NCBI GenBank assembly: GCA_964564595.1
Contig: CAZMCA010000003.1
Coordinates: 1 to 61,993 of the forward strand
Direction: 5' to 3'
Source: an uncultured Caulobacteraceae bacterium
Lineage (GTDB): Bacteria; Pseudomonadota; Alphaproteobacteria; Caulobacterales; Aquidulcibacteraceae
DNA: 61,993 nucleotides
Shown here: piece by piece, positions 1 to 9,778 of the stretch
Layout: each line of letters begins with the position of its first letter
Position numbering within the stretch: position 1 is the stretch's first letter
Made by a program: the position numbers and the translations under genes
Notes under the pieces: generated by a model
Told to the model about the DNA's origin: nothing
Database searches by the model: none
The model's input: only the letters and a program-made list of their open reading frames with translations

Positions 1-603
1 TTTGCCTTGCCCGTATTCCGCCAACCATCCGTCGATGCGGAGCTTGTCAAGTTGTTGACCTCGTTGGAGCTGTTCAAGGACCGCTGCCATCTCGTTGGGG
101 TGTATTCTTTGGGTAAGTGCCAGCGCGTGATGATGGAGCTGCGCCGCCTCGGCTACGCCAAGCCGTTCTTTGTTCATGGCGCATTGGTGAAGATGTGCGA
201 GCTCTATGAGGATCTGGGCTACAGGCTGGGCGAGATCGTACCTGTGGCATCCGTGGACAAGGCATCGCTGGCTGGCGAAATCGTTCTTGCGCCGCCGTCT
301 GCGCTGAGCGACCGCTGGTCTCGCAATCTCCCGAACGTGCTGACCGTGATGGCTTCGGGCTGGATGCAGATCAGAGCCCGCGCACGCCAGCGCATGGTGG
401 ATCTGCCGCTCGTGATTTCCGATCATGCGGACTGGGACGAATTGATCGCCACCCTGCAAGACGTCGGCGCGCCGGAGGTCTGGATCACGCATGGTGAAGC
501 CGATGCGCTTGCGCATTGGTGCGGGTTGAATGGCGTCCGGGCGAAGCCCCTGCACATGGTGGGCTATGGCGATGAGGGCGAGCCGGCGCCGGAGGCCGCG
601 TGA
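1..603 (+). CDS. ligase-associated DNA-damage-response exonuclease (metallo-beta-lactamase/beta-CASP fold), C-terminal part; the 5' end lies upstream of the window
   Basis: The frame is open from base 1. The C-terminal 'LVISDHADWDEL...EVWITHGE' resembles the terminal His motifs of beta-CASP nucleases. The stop overlaps (GTGA) the start of an ATP-dependent DNA ligase, as in Lhr/exonuclease/ligase/PDE clusters. Confidence 0.6.
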   Translation, partial: FALPVFRQPSVDAELVKLLTSLELFKDRCHLVGVYSLGKCQRVMMELRRLGYAKPFFVHGALVKMCELYEDLGYRLGEIVPVASVDKASLAGEIVLAPPSALSDRWSRNLPNVLTVMASGWMQIRARARQRMVDLPLVISDHADWDELIATLQDVGAPEVWITHGEADALAHWCGLNGVRAKPLHMVGYGDEGEPAPEAA

Positions 604-2231
604 ACCGGTTCGCCGCCCTCCTCGATGCGCTCGCCTATGAGCCGCGCCGGCTGGGCAAGCTCGCGCTGCTTGAAGCGTATTTTCGCGAAACGCCCGATCC
701 CGATCGCGGCTACGCACTGGCGGCGATGACGGGCGCGCTTGCGTTCAAGCACGCGAAGGCCGGCCTCGTGCGTGATTTGGCGGCGACGCGCACCGATCCG
801 GTGCTGTTTGCGCTGTCATACGATTTCGTCGGCGACCTTGCGGAGACGGTCGCGCTGATGTGGTCCCCCGGCGATGCGCCGCGCGCGAATGCGCCGCTGA
901 CGCTCTCGGACATTGTCGCGGAGCTTCGGCTCGCGCCGAAGGATGCGCTGCCCGCGCTGGTGAGCGGATGGCTCGACCGGCTGGATGAAAATGGGCGCTG
1001 GGCGCTGTTGAAATTGATCACCGGCGCGCTGCGCATCGGCGTCTCCGCGCGCCTAGCGCGCACGGCGCTGGCGCGGCTCGGCGACGTGACGGCGGACGAC
1101 ATCGAGGACGCATGGCATGCGGTGACGCCGCCTTACGAAGACCTGTTCGCCTGGATCGAAGGGAGCGGGCCGCGGCCGGGCGGCGAAGGCGCGGTGCGCT
1201 TTCACCCGCCGATGCTGGCGCACGCGCTGGATGAAGCCGCGGATTTTGCGCTGCCTCCCGGCGATTTCGCGGCGGAATGGAAGTGGGACGGCATCCGCGT
1301 GCAAGCAGCGGCCGGTCGCACGGCAAGCGGCGCGCACGTCGTGCGGCTCTTCTCCCGCGCGGGCGAAGACATCTCCGCGAGCTTTCCTGACATCACGAGC
1401 GCGCTCACGTTCGACGGCGTGATCGATGGGGAGCTGCTGATCCGGCGCGATGGGCGCGTTCAGAGCTTTAACGAGCTGCAACAACGCCTCAACCGCAAGA
1501 GCGTCACGCCGAAGCTGATCGCGGAGTTTCCGGCGTTCATCCGCGCGTACGATCTGCTCTCCGAAGGCGGCGCGGATTTGCGCGAACTGCCGTTTCTGGA
1601 GCGGCGCGCCCGGCTTGAAGCGTTCATCGCCGCGCACCCGCACGCGCCGCTCGATCTTTCGCCCATGATTGCGTTCGATAGTTGGGAGGAACTCGCTGAG
1701 GCGCGGCGCGATCCGGCGACGCACGGCGCGGGCGAAGACGCGGGCGCGGTGGAAGGCGTGATGGTGAAGCGGCGCGAGAGCCCCTACCTCGTCGGCCGCC
1801 CAAAGGGCCATTGGTTCAAGTGGAAGCGCGATCCGATGAACGTCGACGCCGTGCTGATGTACGCGCAGCGCGGCCACGGCAAACGCTCGTCCTTCTATTC
1901 GGACTACACGTTCGGCGTTTGGCGCGAGGGCGAGGCCGGACCAGAGCTAACGCCGGTGGGCAAAGCCTATTTCGGCTTCACCGATGAAGAGCTCGCGCAG
2001 CTCGACCGGTTCGTTCGCAACAACACAGTCGCGCGCTTTGGCCCGGTGCGCGAGGTGACGCATACCGCAGAGGAAGGCTTGGTGCTCGAGGTTGCGTTCG
2101 AGGGGCTGCAGCGCTCGGGCCGGCACAAATCGGGCCTCGCGATGCGGTTTCCGCGCATCGCACGCATCCGTTGGGACAAGCGCCCGCACGAAGCCGACCG
2201 CATCGAGACGCTGGAGCGAATGCTAGCTTGA
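600..2231 (+). CDS. ATP-dependent DNA ligase (ligase-associated DNA damage response type)
   Basis: 543 aa. Nucleotidyltransferase motif I 'EWKWDGIR' carries the adenylation lysine. 'EGVMVKR' and 'WFKWKR' motifs follow downstream. GTG start overlaps the upstream stop. Confidence 0.9.
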   Translation: MNRFAALLDALAYEPRRLGKLALLEAYFRETPDPDRGYALAAMTGALAFKHAKAGLVRDLAATRTDPVLFALSYDFVGDLAETVALMWSPGDAPRANAPLTLSDIVAELRLAPKDALPALVSGWLDRLDENGRWALLKLITGALRIGVSARLARTALARLGDVTADDIEDAWHAVTPPYEDLFAWIEGSGPRPGGEGAVRFHPPMLAHALDEAADFALPPGDFAAEWKWDGIRVQAAAGRTASGAHVVRLFSRAGEDISASFPDITSALTFDGVIDGELLIRRDGRVQSFNELQQRLNRKSVTPKLIAEFPAFIRAYDLLSEGGADLRELPFLERRARLEAFIAAHPHAPLDLSPMIAFDSWEELAEARRDPATHGAGEDAGAVEGVMVKRRESPYLVGRPKGHWFKWKRDPMNVDAVLMYAQRGHGKRSSFYSDYTFGVWREGEAGPELTPVGKAYFGFTDEELAQLDRFVRNNTVARFGPVREVTHTAEEGLVLEVAFEGLQRSGRHKSGLAMRFPRIARIRWDKRPHEADRIETLERMLA

Positions 2232-2281
2232 CGCGCGCGTGAAGCGGTTCGATCCTCCCGCACAAAGATTGGGAGGCCCAC

Positions 2282-3094
2282 ATGAACGACCGCGTGAAGA
2301 TTGACCTGAAGGATGGCGTGGCCGACGTGCGCCTCGTGCGCGCTGACAAGATGAACGCGCTCGACGACGCGATGTTCGGCGCGCTCGTCGAAGCCGGCGA
2401 GCATTTGAAGACGGTGAGCGGCGTGCGCGCCGTGGTGCTTTCGGGCGAAGGGCGCGCATTCTGCGCCGGGCTCGACATGGGCAATTTCGGTGCGATGGCC
2501 TCGGGCGACCGGCGCTCACGCGATGCAGTCGCCGCGCCGCCCGCGCGCACCGATCGCGGCGCCAACCGTGCGCAGCAGGCCGTGCTGGTGTGGCGCGAAG
2601 TGCCCGTGCCGGTGATCGCGGCGGTGCACGGTGTTGCGTTCGGCGGCGGCTTCCAACTCGCGCTCGGCGCCGACATGCGTTACGTCGCGCCCGACACACG
2701 CATGGCGATCATGGAAATCAAATGGGGCCTCGTGCCGGATATGGCGGGCTTCATCCTGATGAAGCATCTGGTGCGCGAAGATCTGCTGCGCGAGCTCACG
2801 TACACCGGACGCATCTTCAACGGCGAGGAAGCATTCCGGCTTGGGTTTGCGACGCGCGTCTGCGCCGATCCGCTTTCCGAAGCGCTGGCGACCGCCGCTG
2901 AAATCGCCTCGAAGAACCCACATGCGCAGCGCGCCAACAAGCGCCTGTTCGATCTGGCGGCGACGTCGACCGATGAAGGCGCAATCCTGCGGCTCGAATC
3001 GAAAGAGCAAGGCGCACTAATCGGCTCGCCCAATCAGATCGAAGCCGTCATGTCGAACATGCAGAAGCGCGAGCCGAAATATTCCGAGGTCTAG
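2282..3094 (+). CDS. enoyl-CoA hydratase/isomerase (crotonase) family protein
   Basis: 'VVLSGEGRAFCAGLD' oxyanion-hole region and 'AAVHGVAFGGGFQLAL' are typical of crotonases. GGGAGG Shine-Dalgarno lies 5 nt upstream of the ATG. Confidence 0.85.
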   Translation: MNDRVKIDLKDGVADVRLVRADKMNALDDAMFGALVEAGEHLKTVSGVRAVVLSGEGRAFCAGLDMGNFGAMASGDRRSRDAVAAPPARTDRGANRAQQAVLVWREVPVPVIAAVHGVAFGGGFQLALGADMRYVAPDTRMAIMEIKWGLVPDMAGFILMKHLVREDLLRELTYTGRIFNGEEAFRLGFATRVCADPLSEALATAAEIASKNPHAQRANKRLFDLAATSTDEGAILRLESKEQGALIGSPNQIEAVMSNMQKREPKYSEV

Positions 3095-3098
3095 CGCA

Positions 3099-3488
3099 TC
3101 ACTCGACGATCATCACGCAGTACGGATAGGCCGCGCCGTCACTTACAAGGCGCACGGTGCGGCCTGATGAGTCACGCAAGACTATTCCGCCAATGATGGT
3201 CTCGGCCTTGCCTTCGTAGCGAAACGTTCGCCAGGAGACTTGCACCTCGACTGGTGCAATCTCCATGCTTTGCCGAGCAGCAATCCCCGCCGCCGCATTG
3301 TCTGTTGCAGCATGGCAGGAAAGCCCACTGGGCCCCACGTCACTCTCATTCCCTTGCAGCAAATAGATCTCGCGAACACCGCTTCTGGACAGCACGAACT
3401 CAGACACCTGTTTAGCGCCGCCAATTGTTTCATACGGGATGGAGATGCTCTCCGACCGCAGAAACAGTTCGCCGATTTCGGTACGCAT
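3099..3488 (-). CDS. hypothetical protein (129 aa ORFan, low GC)
   Basis: Only long ORF in a locally GC-poor stretch. It lies 16 nt downstream of, and co-directional with, the Mur-ligase gene. No recognisable motif, signal peptide or TM segment. Confidence 0.5.
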   Translation of the reverse strand: MRTEIGELFLRSESISIPYETIGGAKQVSEFVLSRSGVREIYLLQGNESDVGPSGLSCHAATDNAAAGIAARQSMEIAPVEVQVSWRTFRYEGKAETIIGGIVLRDSSGRTVRLVSDGAAYPYCVMIVE

Positions 3489-3504
3489 ACAGGTCCTTCA
3501 TGGT

Positions 3505-4911
3505 CTATCCGCGCGCGGCCAAGCGCGTAACGAGATCGGCGGCGAACGCGGAGAGCGTATCGTCGCGCGCGCCCATCACGATGATGCGGTCGCCGACGCG
3601 CGCCTGCGCGATCAGCGCATCGCCGCAGGCCGCGCGCTCGGGAATGGCGCGCGCATCGCGCCCGCCTGCCCGCACGCCCGCAGCGATATCTTCGCTGGTG
3701 ACCGCGCGATCGACGGTGCCGCCGAAATACGCCGGATCGGGTAGGATCAGCAGGTCCTGCGCGCCGAGATTATCGGCAAAGCACGCGATGAATTCGTTGC
3801 GCATTAAGCGCAGCGGACCGAAGCCGTGCGGCTGGAACATGATGAGGAGCCGGCCCGGGAACGTGTGCAGCGTCGCCAGCGTCGCGGCGATCTTGTCCGG
3901 GTTGTGCGCAAAATCGTCGATCACGGTGACGCCGCCGGCCGTGCCGATCACGTCGAGCCGGCGCTTCACGCCAGCGAATGTCGCAAGCGCCGCAGCCCCT
4001 TCAGCGAGCGGCACGCCGGCAGCCTCCGCCGCAAGCAGCGCCGCGAGCGCATTCGACACGTTATGCGCGCCCGGCATGCGCACGGTCACGCGAACTGGCG
4101 CGCCGCCACGCGGAACAGCATCGAACGATACGCCATCTGGCGCAGGCGTGATGTTGCGCGCGAGGAGATCGGCGCTTGCATCGCTCAGGCTGTAGGTGCG
4201 CGCTTTGCCGGGCGGGAGCTGCGCGCCGAGCGCGGCGGCTTCGCCGTTGTCGAGATTGATCACGGCCGTCTGCGCTTTGCCGATGAAGTCTCCGAACAGG
4301 CGCCGGAGCTCGTCCATACTCTTGTGATCGAGCGCGACGTTGTTGAGCACCGCAATCTTCGGCGCATAGCGCGCGATCGAGCCATCGCTCTCATCCACCT
4401 CGCTCACGAAGGCCGGCCCCGCGCCGACGAGCGCGCTGGCGAACGGCGCATCGGGCGTCGCGAAATTCTTCATCACGGCGCCGTTCATCACCGTGGGATC
4501 GCGCCCCGCGGCGTGAAGGATCCAGCCGATCATGCCGGTTGTGGTCGACTTGCCGCTCGTGCCGCCGATCGCGATGGGAAGTTCGGACGCGTTGAAGAGC
4601 TCTGACAACAGCTCGGCGCGGCCCTTCAACGTCGCGCCCACGCGGCGGGCGGACACAACATCGGGCACGGTCTCTTCCACCGCCGCCGACGTGACGACGA
4701 TCTGATCGGCGCGCGTAATGCCAGACCCATCCTGCGGGAAGAGCGCGACGCCGCGGTCCTGCAGGTACGCGAATTTCTGCGCCAGCCGCCCCTGGTCGAG
4801 CGAGCGATCCGATCCCGCGACCTCCGCGCCCCGCGCCCGCACGATCAGCGCAAGCGGCAGCATGCCGCTGCCGCCGACGCCGCAGAAAAAATAGGATTTG
4901 TTGGGACTCAT
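3505..4911 (-). CDS. Mur ligase family protein, MurC/Mpl-like (probable murein-peptide ligase paralogue)
   Basis: N-terminal '[10 protein letters not shown]' Rossmann motif, P-loop '[12 protein letters not shown]', '[10 protein letters not shown]' and 'DDFAHNPDK'. It is divergent from an LD-carboxypeptidase gene rather than sitting in a dcw cluster. Confidence 0.75.
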   Translation of the reverse strand: MSPNKSYFFCGVGGSGMLPLALIVRARGAEVAGSDRSLDQGRLAQKFAYLQDRGVALFPQDGSGITRADQIVVTSAAVEETVPDVVSARRVGATLKGRAELLSELFNASELPIAIGGTSGKSTTTGMIGWILHAAGRDPTVMNGAVMKNFATPDAPFASALVGAGPAFVSEVDESDGSIARYAPKIAVLNNVALDHKSMDELRRLFGDFIGKAQTAVINLDNGEAAALGAQLPPGKARTYSLSDASADLLARNITPAPDGVSFDAVPRGGAPVRVTVRMPGAHNVSNALAALLAAEAAGVPLAEGAAALATFAGVKRRLDVIGTAGGVTVIDDFAHNPDKIAATLATLHTFPGRLLIMFQPHGFGPLRLMRNEFIACFADNLGAQDLLILPDPAYFGGTVDRAVTSEDIAAGVRAGGRDARAIPERAACGDALIAQARVGDRIIVMGARDDTLSAFAADLVTRLAARG

Positions 4912-4991
4912 GGGCGAACGGTATGAAGGGCGCGCGTCACTGACAAGTGAACGGTGCGGTGCGCGGGCGCGGTTTGAATGGTGAAAAGAGC

Positions 4992-5822
4992 ATGAAGATC
5001 GCCATCGTAGCGCCGGGCGTGCGCATTGAGCCGCAGATGGCGGAGGCGGTTGAGGCGATTGCGCAGCGCGCTTACGGGGCGAACGCGCCGGAGCTTGTTT
5101 TTCATCCGCAATGCTACCTTTCGGCCGGCCACTTCGCGGGCGACGATGCAGCGCGGCTCAATGCCTTCGTCGAGGTTGCGAACGATCCTTCGGTTGACGC
5201 CGTTTGGTTTGCGCGCGGCGGCTATGGCGCGTGCCGGATCGCAGAGGCGGCGATCGCGCAGCTAAGCCCGCTCGCGCGGCGCAAAACCTATCTTGGGTAC
5301 AGCGACGCTGGCGCGCTGCTTGGCGGGCTCTATCGCGCTGGCTTTTCTCACGTGGCGCATGGGCCGATGCCTGTCGAAGTGATCCGCGAGGGCGGCGAAG
5401 CATGCGTGCTGCGCGCGCTGCGCTTTCTGGTGGAGCGCGCGGGTGATACGATCGAGCCGAGCGTTTCGAACGATACGCCGAGCGCGGCGTTCAACATCAT
5501 GATCCTGCAACACATCCTGGGCACGCCCCTGGAGCCTGACCTCGCTGGGCACGTGCTGATGCTCGAAGAGGTCGGCGAATATCTCTACCGGATCGACCGC
5601 GCGCTCTTTCACATCACCTCAAGCGCGAATGTGCGCCGCGCGGCGGGCATTCGTCTGGGGCGCTGCAGCGCGGTGCCGAAGAACGATCCTGACTTTGCCG
5701 CGAGCGAAGAAGACGTGATCCAATATTGGTGTGCGCGCGCGGCGATCCCCTATTTGGGGCGCGCCGATATTGGGCACGATATCGATAATAAGGTCACGCC
5801 GTTTGGCCGCTGGCCGGGCTGA
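4992..5822 (+). CDS. ldcA: LD-carboxypeptidase (peptidase S66, muramoyl-tetrapeptide carboxypeptidase-like)
   Basis: 'KIAIVAPGV' N-terminus, nucleophile context 'YLGYSDAG', 'MLEEVGE' and C-terminal 'DIGHDIDN'. The start is taken at the internal ATG; the track ORF starts at a GTG at 4947. Confidence 0.7.
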   Translation: MKIAIVAPGVRIEPQMAEAVEAIAQRAYGANAPELVFHPQCYLSAGHFAGDDAARLNAFVEVANDPSVDAVWFARGGYGACRIAEAAIAQLSPLARRKTYLGYSDAGALLGGLYRAGFSHVAHGPMPVEVIREGGEACVLRALRFLVERAGDTIEPSVSNDTPSAAFNIMILQHILGTPLEPDLAGHVLMLEEVGEYLYRIDRALFHITSSANVRRAAGIRLGRCSAVPKNDPDFAASEEDVIQYWCARAAIPYLGRADIGHDIDNKVTPFGRWPG

Positions 5823-5875
5823 TCTTGTGCGGGGCTGGCCGCCAAACTAAGCCAGACCGCAGCGGGGGAAACGCG

Positions 5876-7279
5876 ATGCGGCGGACATTTCTGACGGCGG
5901 TTTTGGCGCTCGGGCTTCTGGCCGGGCCGGCGGCGGCGCAAGAGCTGCGCGCGGACCAAACCGCCTTTCGCGCGATCTACGAAGAGCTCGTCGAGATCGA
6001 CACGTCTGCGAGCACGGGTTCGTGCACGCGCGCGGCGGCGGCGATGGCCGCGCGCCTCACGGCAGCAGGGTATTCGCAGCGCGATGTTCAGGTCATCGTG
6101 CCGGAAGGATCGCCGGACGATGGCAACGTCGTCGCCGTTCTCCGCGGGCGCAATGCGCGCGCGCCGGCGCTGCTGCTGCTCGCGCATATCGATGTCGTCG
6201 ATGCACGGCGCGAGGATTGGGCGCGCGATCCGTACACGCTGATCGAAGAGAACGGGTTCTTCTACGGCCGCGGCACAGCCGACGATAAGGCGATGGCGGC
6301 GGTGTTCGTCGATCTGATGGTGCGGCTGCGCGCTGAGGGCTATCGGCCGCGCCAAGACATCAAGATGGCGCTGACCTGCGGCGAGGAAACCTCCGACGCC
6401 GTGAACGGCGTGCGTTATCTGATCGAGCATCACCGCAACTGGGTGCAAGCGGGCATCGCGATCAATGAAGGCGCCGGCGGGCGGCTCGATGAAGCTGGCA
6501 ATCGCATCGCGCTTGAAGTGCAGGCGGGCGAGAAGGTCCACCAAGTGTTCACGGTGGAAGCGACCAATCCGGGCGGGCATTCCTCACGCCCGCGGCCGGA
6601 CAACGCGATCTATCAGCTGACCGCGGCGATGCAGCGGCTCGCGGGCCACAACTTCCCCGTCGCGCTGAATGACACGACGCGCGCCTTCTTCCGGCAGATG
6701 AGCGGCATTGTCGGCGGCGAAATGGGCGCGGCGATGGCGCGCGTTGCGCAAGATCCTGGCGATGCCTCCGCGCTGGCGATCGTCACTGCCGAGCCTGGAT
6801 ATAACGCGATGCTGCGCACCACCTGCGTGGCGACGCGGCTGGACGCTGGGCATGCGGCCAATGCGTTGCCGCAACGCGCGCGCGCAACGCTGAGCTGCCG
6901 CATTCTGCCGGGCCAATCGATCGAGAGCGTGCAAGCTGAACTTGCACGCGTGTTCGCCGATCCCGCGCTGACCATCACGCTCTCGAACGATCGCCAGCCG
7001 ACGCCGCCCGCCCCGCCCCTTACGCGCCAATTGCTCGGCCCAATTGAGCAGGTCTCGGCGCGGCTTTGGCAGGGCGTGCCGCTCGTGCCGGTGATGGCGG
7101 TGGGCGCGACCGATGCGCGTTTTCTGAACGCCGCAGGCATCGCGACGTACGGGATGAGCGGCATGTTCAGCGCGCCGGGCGAATCCAATGCGCACGGCCT
7201 TGACGAGAAGCTGCGCGTGCGGTCGCTCTACGAAGGCCGGGATTTTTTGGAGGGCGTCGTGCGCGCCTATTCGCGGTGA
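5876..7279 (+). CDS. secreted M20/M25/M40 family metallopeptidase
   Basis: Signal peptide 'MRRTFLTAVLALGLLAGPAAAQ'. M20 metal-ligand motifs 'LLLLAHIDVV', 'GRGTADDK' and 'TCGEE'. GGGGGAA SD before the ATG at 5876. Confidence 0.8.
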   Translation: MRRTFLTAVLALGLLAGPAAAQELRADQTAFRAIYEELVEIDTSASTGSCTRAAAAMAARLTAAGYSQRDVQVIVPEGSPDDGNVVAVLRGRNARAPALLLLAHIDVVDARREDWARDPYTLIEENGFFYGRGTADDKAMAAVFVDLMVRLRAEGYRPRQDIKMALTCGEETSDAVNGVRYLIEHHRNWVQAGIAINEGAGGRLDEAGNRIALEVQAGEKVHQVFTVEATNPGGHSSRPRPDNAIYQLTAAMQRLAGHNFPVALNDTTRAFFRQMSGIVGGEMGAAMARVAQDPGDASALAIVTAEPGYNAMLRTTCVATRLDAGHAANALPQRARATLSCRILPGQSIESVQAELARVFADPALTITLSNDRQPTPPAPPLTRQLLGPIEQVSARLWQGVPLVPVMAVGATDARFLNAAGIATYGMSGMFSAPGESNAHGLDEKLRVRSLYEGRDFLEGVVRAYSR

Positions 7280-7285
7280 GCACGC

Positions 7286-9778
7286 GTGCCTGAACCCCAC
7301 GCAGAATTGTTCGACGCGGCGTCAGCGCTGGTCGGCGGCTATCGGCCGATTGCGGGCGCGTATGACGAAATGGTCGGCGCCGATGGCGCGCTGCGGGCGC
7401 ATTGGCGGCCTTATATCGATGGGCTCGCCGCGCTTGGGCCGGAAGAACTCGCGCAGCGCGCCGACGCAGTCGCGCGGCGCGTGCGGGAAGCTGGCGTGTT
7501 TCACCGCGTCTATGGCGCCGAGCGCGATCTCGAGCGCCCGTGGCCGCTCTCCTTTGCCCCAGTAGTGATCAACGCGCAGGAGTGGCGCGCGATCGAAGCG
7601 GGCATTGTCCAGCGCGCACGGCTGATCGAAGCGACGCTCGCCGACGCCTATGGGCGCCAGCGCATGATCGCCGAAGGCGTGCTGCCGCCGGCCGTAATCG
7701 CAGGCAGCCCCGACTTTCTGCGGCCGATGGTGGGCGCCGAGCCGCGCGGCGGGCGGTATCTGCACTTTTACGCAGCCGACCTAGGACGCGGCCCCGATGG
7801 GCGCTGGTGGGTGCTGCAGGATCGCACACAGGCCCCTTCCGGCGCGGGCTTTGCGCTGGGCAACCGCGTGGCGCTTTCGCGCGTGCTGCCCGAAACGATG
7901 CGCGATCTCGATGTGCAGCGCCTCGCGGGATTCTTTCAGGCGTTCCGCCAATCGCTCGCCGCGCTTTCGCAGCGCGACATGGGGCGCGTCTGCCTCATGA
8001 CGCCGGGGCCGTTCAACGACACGTATTTCGAGCACGCTTACCTCGCACGCTATCTGGGCTTCCTGCTGGTCGAGGGCGACGATCTCGCGATCCGCAACGA
8101 CAACGTGTTCGTGCGCACGGTCGCGGGGTTGCGGCAGATCGATGTGCTGGTGCGGCGCGTCGATGCGGATTTCGTCGATCCGCTGGAGCTCAATCCGGCA
8201 TCGCGCCTCGGGGCGGCCGGGCTGGCGCGTGCAGCGCGGGCGGGCGCTGTCGCGTTCGCTAACGCGCTTGGCAGCGGCGTCGCCGAAAGCCGCGCGATGA
8301 TGAGCCTCTGGCCGCGCTTGGCGGAACGCCTGCTCAACGAAACGCTGCTGATGCCGAACATCGCGACGTGGTGGTGCGGCCAGGAAGGCGCGCGCCGCCA
8401 AGTTTCCGCGCGCCTCGGCGAGCTTGCGGTGGGCGCGGCGTTCGCGGGCGATGCCGACGAGCGCTTGCGCGATGGCCCGGTCAACGGCGCCGAACTTTCG
8501 GCCGAAGCGCGCGAGGATTTGCTTGCGCGCATGGCGCGGCGCGGCAGCGACTATGTTGGCCAGGAAATGGTGCGCCTTTCGACGACGCCGGTTTGGCGCG
8601 ACGGGCGCTTTGCGCCGCGCCCTTTCCAGCTGCGCGTGTTCGCGGCCGCAACCGAAGATGGCGGCTGGACGGTGATGCCGGGCGCATTCGCGCGCGTGTC
8701 GCACGACCTCGACCCGCGCGCGATCAGCTTGCAGCGCGGCGGCGTTTCCGCCGATGCGTGGGTGCTCGCCGATGGGCCGACGGCGGTGACGACGCTGCTG
8801 CCGAACGCGGGCGCCATCGAAATCACGCGCCCGCGCGGCGCGCTGACGAGCCGCACGGCCGACAACCTCTTCTGGCTTGGGCGCTATGTAGAGCGCACGG
8901 AGGCGACGCTGCGGGTGGTGCGCGCGCTGATCGGGCGCGCGGGCGAGCGTGATCCGGCCGTGCGCGCGGTGTGCGAGCAATTGATGGCGCTGCTGGTGGC
9001 GTGGGGCGCGCTGCCGGCGTGGGAAGATGCGCCCGCGCCATTGCCGCACGTTGCCGCGGCGAATGCGCTTGTCGGCGCAGAGCGCACGGGCGCAGCGCTC
9101 GCGCTGGCGCAAACCGCGCTGCGCACGGCGTCTTCGATCCGCGAGCGGCTCTCGCCGGATGCGTGGCGCACGATCCAGGAACTGCCCGGGCTCATCGCCG
9201 CCGATGGCGACGTCACAGAGCGCACCGACCGCGCGTTGCGCGCGTGTGCCGCGTTCGCGGGCTTTGCGCAGGAAAACATGGTGCGCGGCGCCGGCTGGTC
9301 CTTCCTCGAGGTGGGGCGCCGGATTGAACGCGGCCTTGCGATGACGCGGCTTGTCGGGCAACTCGGCTTGTCGCCCGCGTCTTCAGCAGCGCTCGATACG
9401 TTGCTCGAACTTGGCGACAGCCAGATCACGTATGCGCAGCGCTATTTCGTGACGCCCTCGCCCGCAGCCGCGGCGGATCTGCTGTTGTTCGACGAAGGCA
9501 ATCCGCGCGCGTGTGCGTTCCAAGCCGTGCGGCTGCACGAATTGGCCGATCAACTGCCCGAGGGCGCTTCTGGCGATGCGCCAGCGGCGTTCCGCAAAAC
9601 GGTGGTGCTGATCGAGGCGGCGCTGGCGAGCGGCGGACCGTCGGATGCGAACGCTGCATTCGCTTCGCGGCTCGACACGGCGTTCTTGCAAGCAGGCGCG
9701 GCGTTCGCCGATCTCTACCTCGCCAACCGCGACCGGCTGGCGCCGCTCGGTCCATCTGACGGGCGGATCGACGGATGA
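7286..9778 (+). CDS. fusion protein: circularly permuted ATP-grasp type 2 domain + alpha-E domain
   Basis: 830 aa. The N-terminal ~480 aa look like COG2308-type CP ATP-grasp ('YDEMVGADGALRAHW', 'RTVAGLRQIDVLVRRVD', 'FANALGSGVAES'). The C-terminal part starts with the alpha-E hallmark 'DNLFWLGRYVERTEATLRVVRAL'. Confidence 0.8.
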   Translation: MPEPHAELFDAASALVGGYRPIAGAYDEMVGADGALRAHWRPYIDGLAALGPEELAQRADAVARRVREAGVFHRVYGAERDLERPWPLSFAPVVINAQEWRAIEAGIVQRARLIEATLADAYGRQRMIAEGVLPPAVIAGSPDFLRPMVGAEPRGGRYLHFYAADLGRGPDGRWWVLQDRTQAPSGAGFALGNRVALSRVLPETMRDLDVQRLAGFFQAFRQSLAALSQRDMGRVCLMTPGPFNDTYFEHAYLARYLGFLLVEGDDLAIRNDNVFVRTVAGLRQIDVLVRRVDADFVDPLELNPASRLGAAGLARAARAGAVAFANALGSGVAESRAMMSLWPRLAERLLNETLLMPNIATWWCGQEGARRQVSARLGELAVGAAFAGDADERLRDGPVNGAELSAEAREDLLARMARRGSDYVGQEMVRLSTTPVWRDGRFAPRPFQLRVFAAATEDGGWTVMPGAFARVSHDLDPRAISLQRGGVSADAWVLADGPTAVTTLLPNAGAIEITRPRGALTSRTADNLFWLGRYVERTEATLRVVRALIGRAGERDPAVRAVCEQLMALLVAWGALPAWEDAPAPLPHVAAANALVGAERTGAALALAQTALRTASSIRERLSPDAWRTIQELPGLIAADGDVTERTDRALRACAAFAGFAQENMVRGAGWSFLEVGRRIERGLAMTRLVGQLGLSPASSAALDTLLELGDSQITYAQRYFVTPSPAAAADLLLFDEGNPRACAFQAVRLHELADQLPEGASGDAPAAFRKTVVLIEAALASGGPSDANAAFASRLDTAFLQAGAAFADLYLANRDRLAPLGPSDGRIDG

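Noticed and set aside
2241-2262. tRNA T-arm-like string GGTTCGATCC in the ligase-crotonase spacer
   Set aside because: The flanking bases do not form a T-stem or acceptor stem. Only about 50 nt of non-coding DNA is available, and no cloverleaf can be drawn. It is not a tRNA or a convincing tRNA remnant.
5838-5850. CAAACTAA half-site resembling the right arm of the AT-rich dyad, upstream of the M20 peptidase
   Set aside because: No matching left arm is present at the N11 spacing. A single 8-mer half-site is too weak to call.
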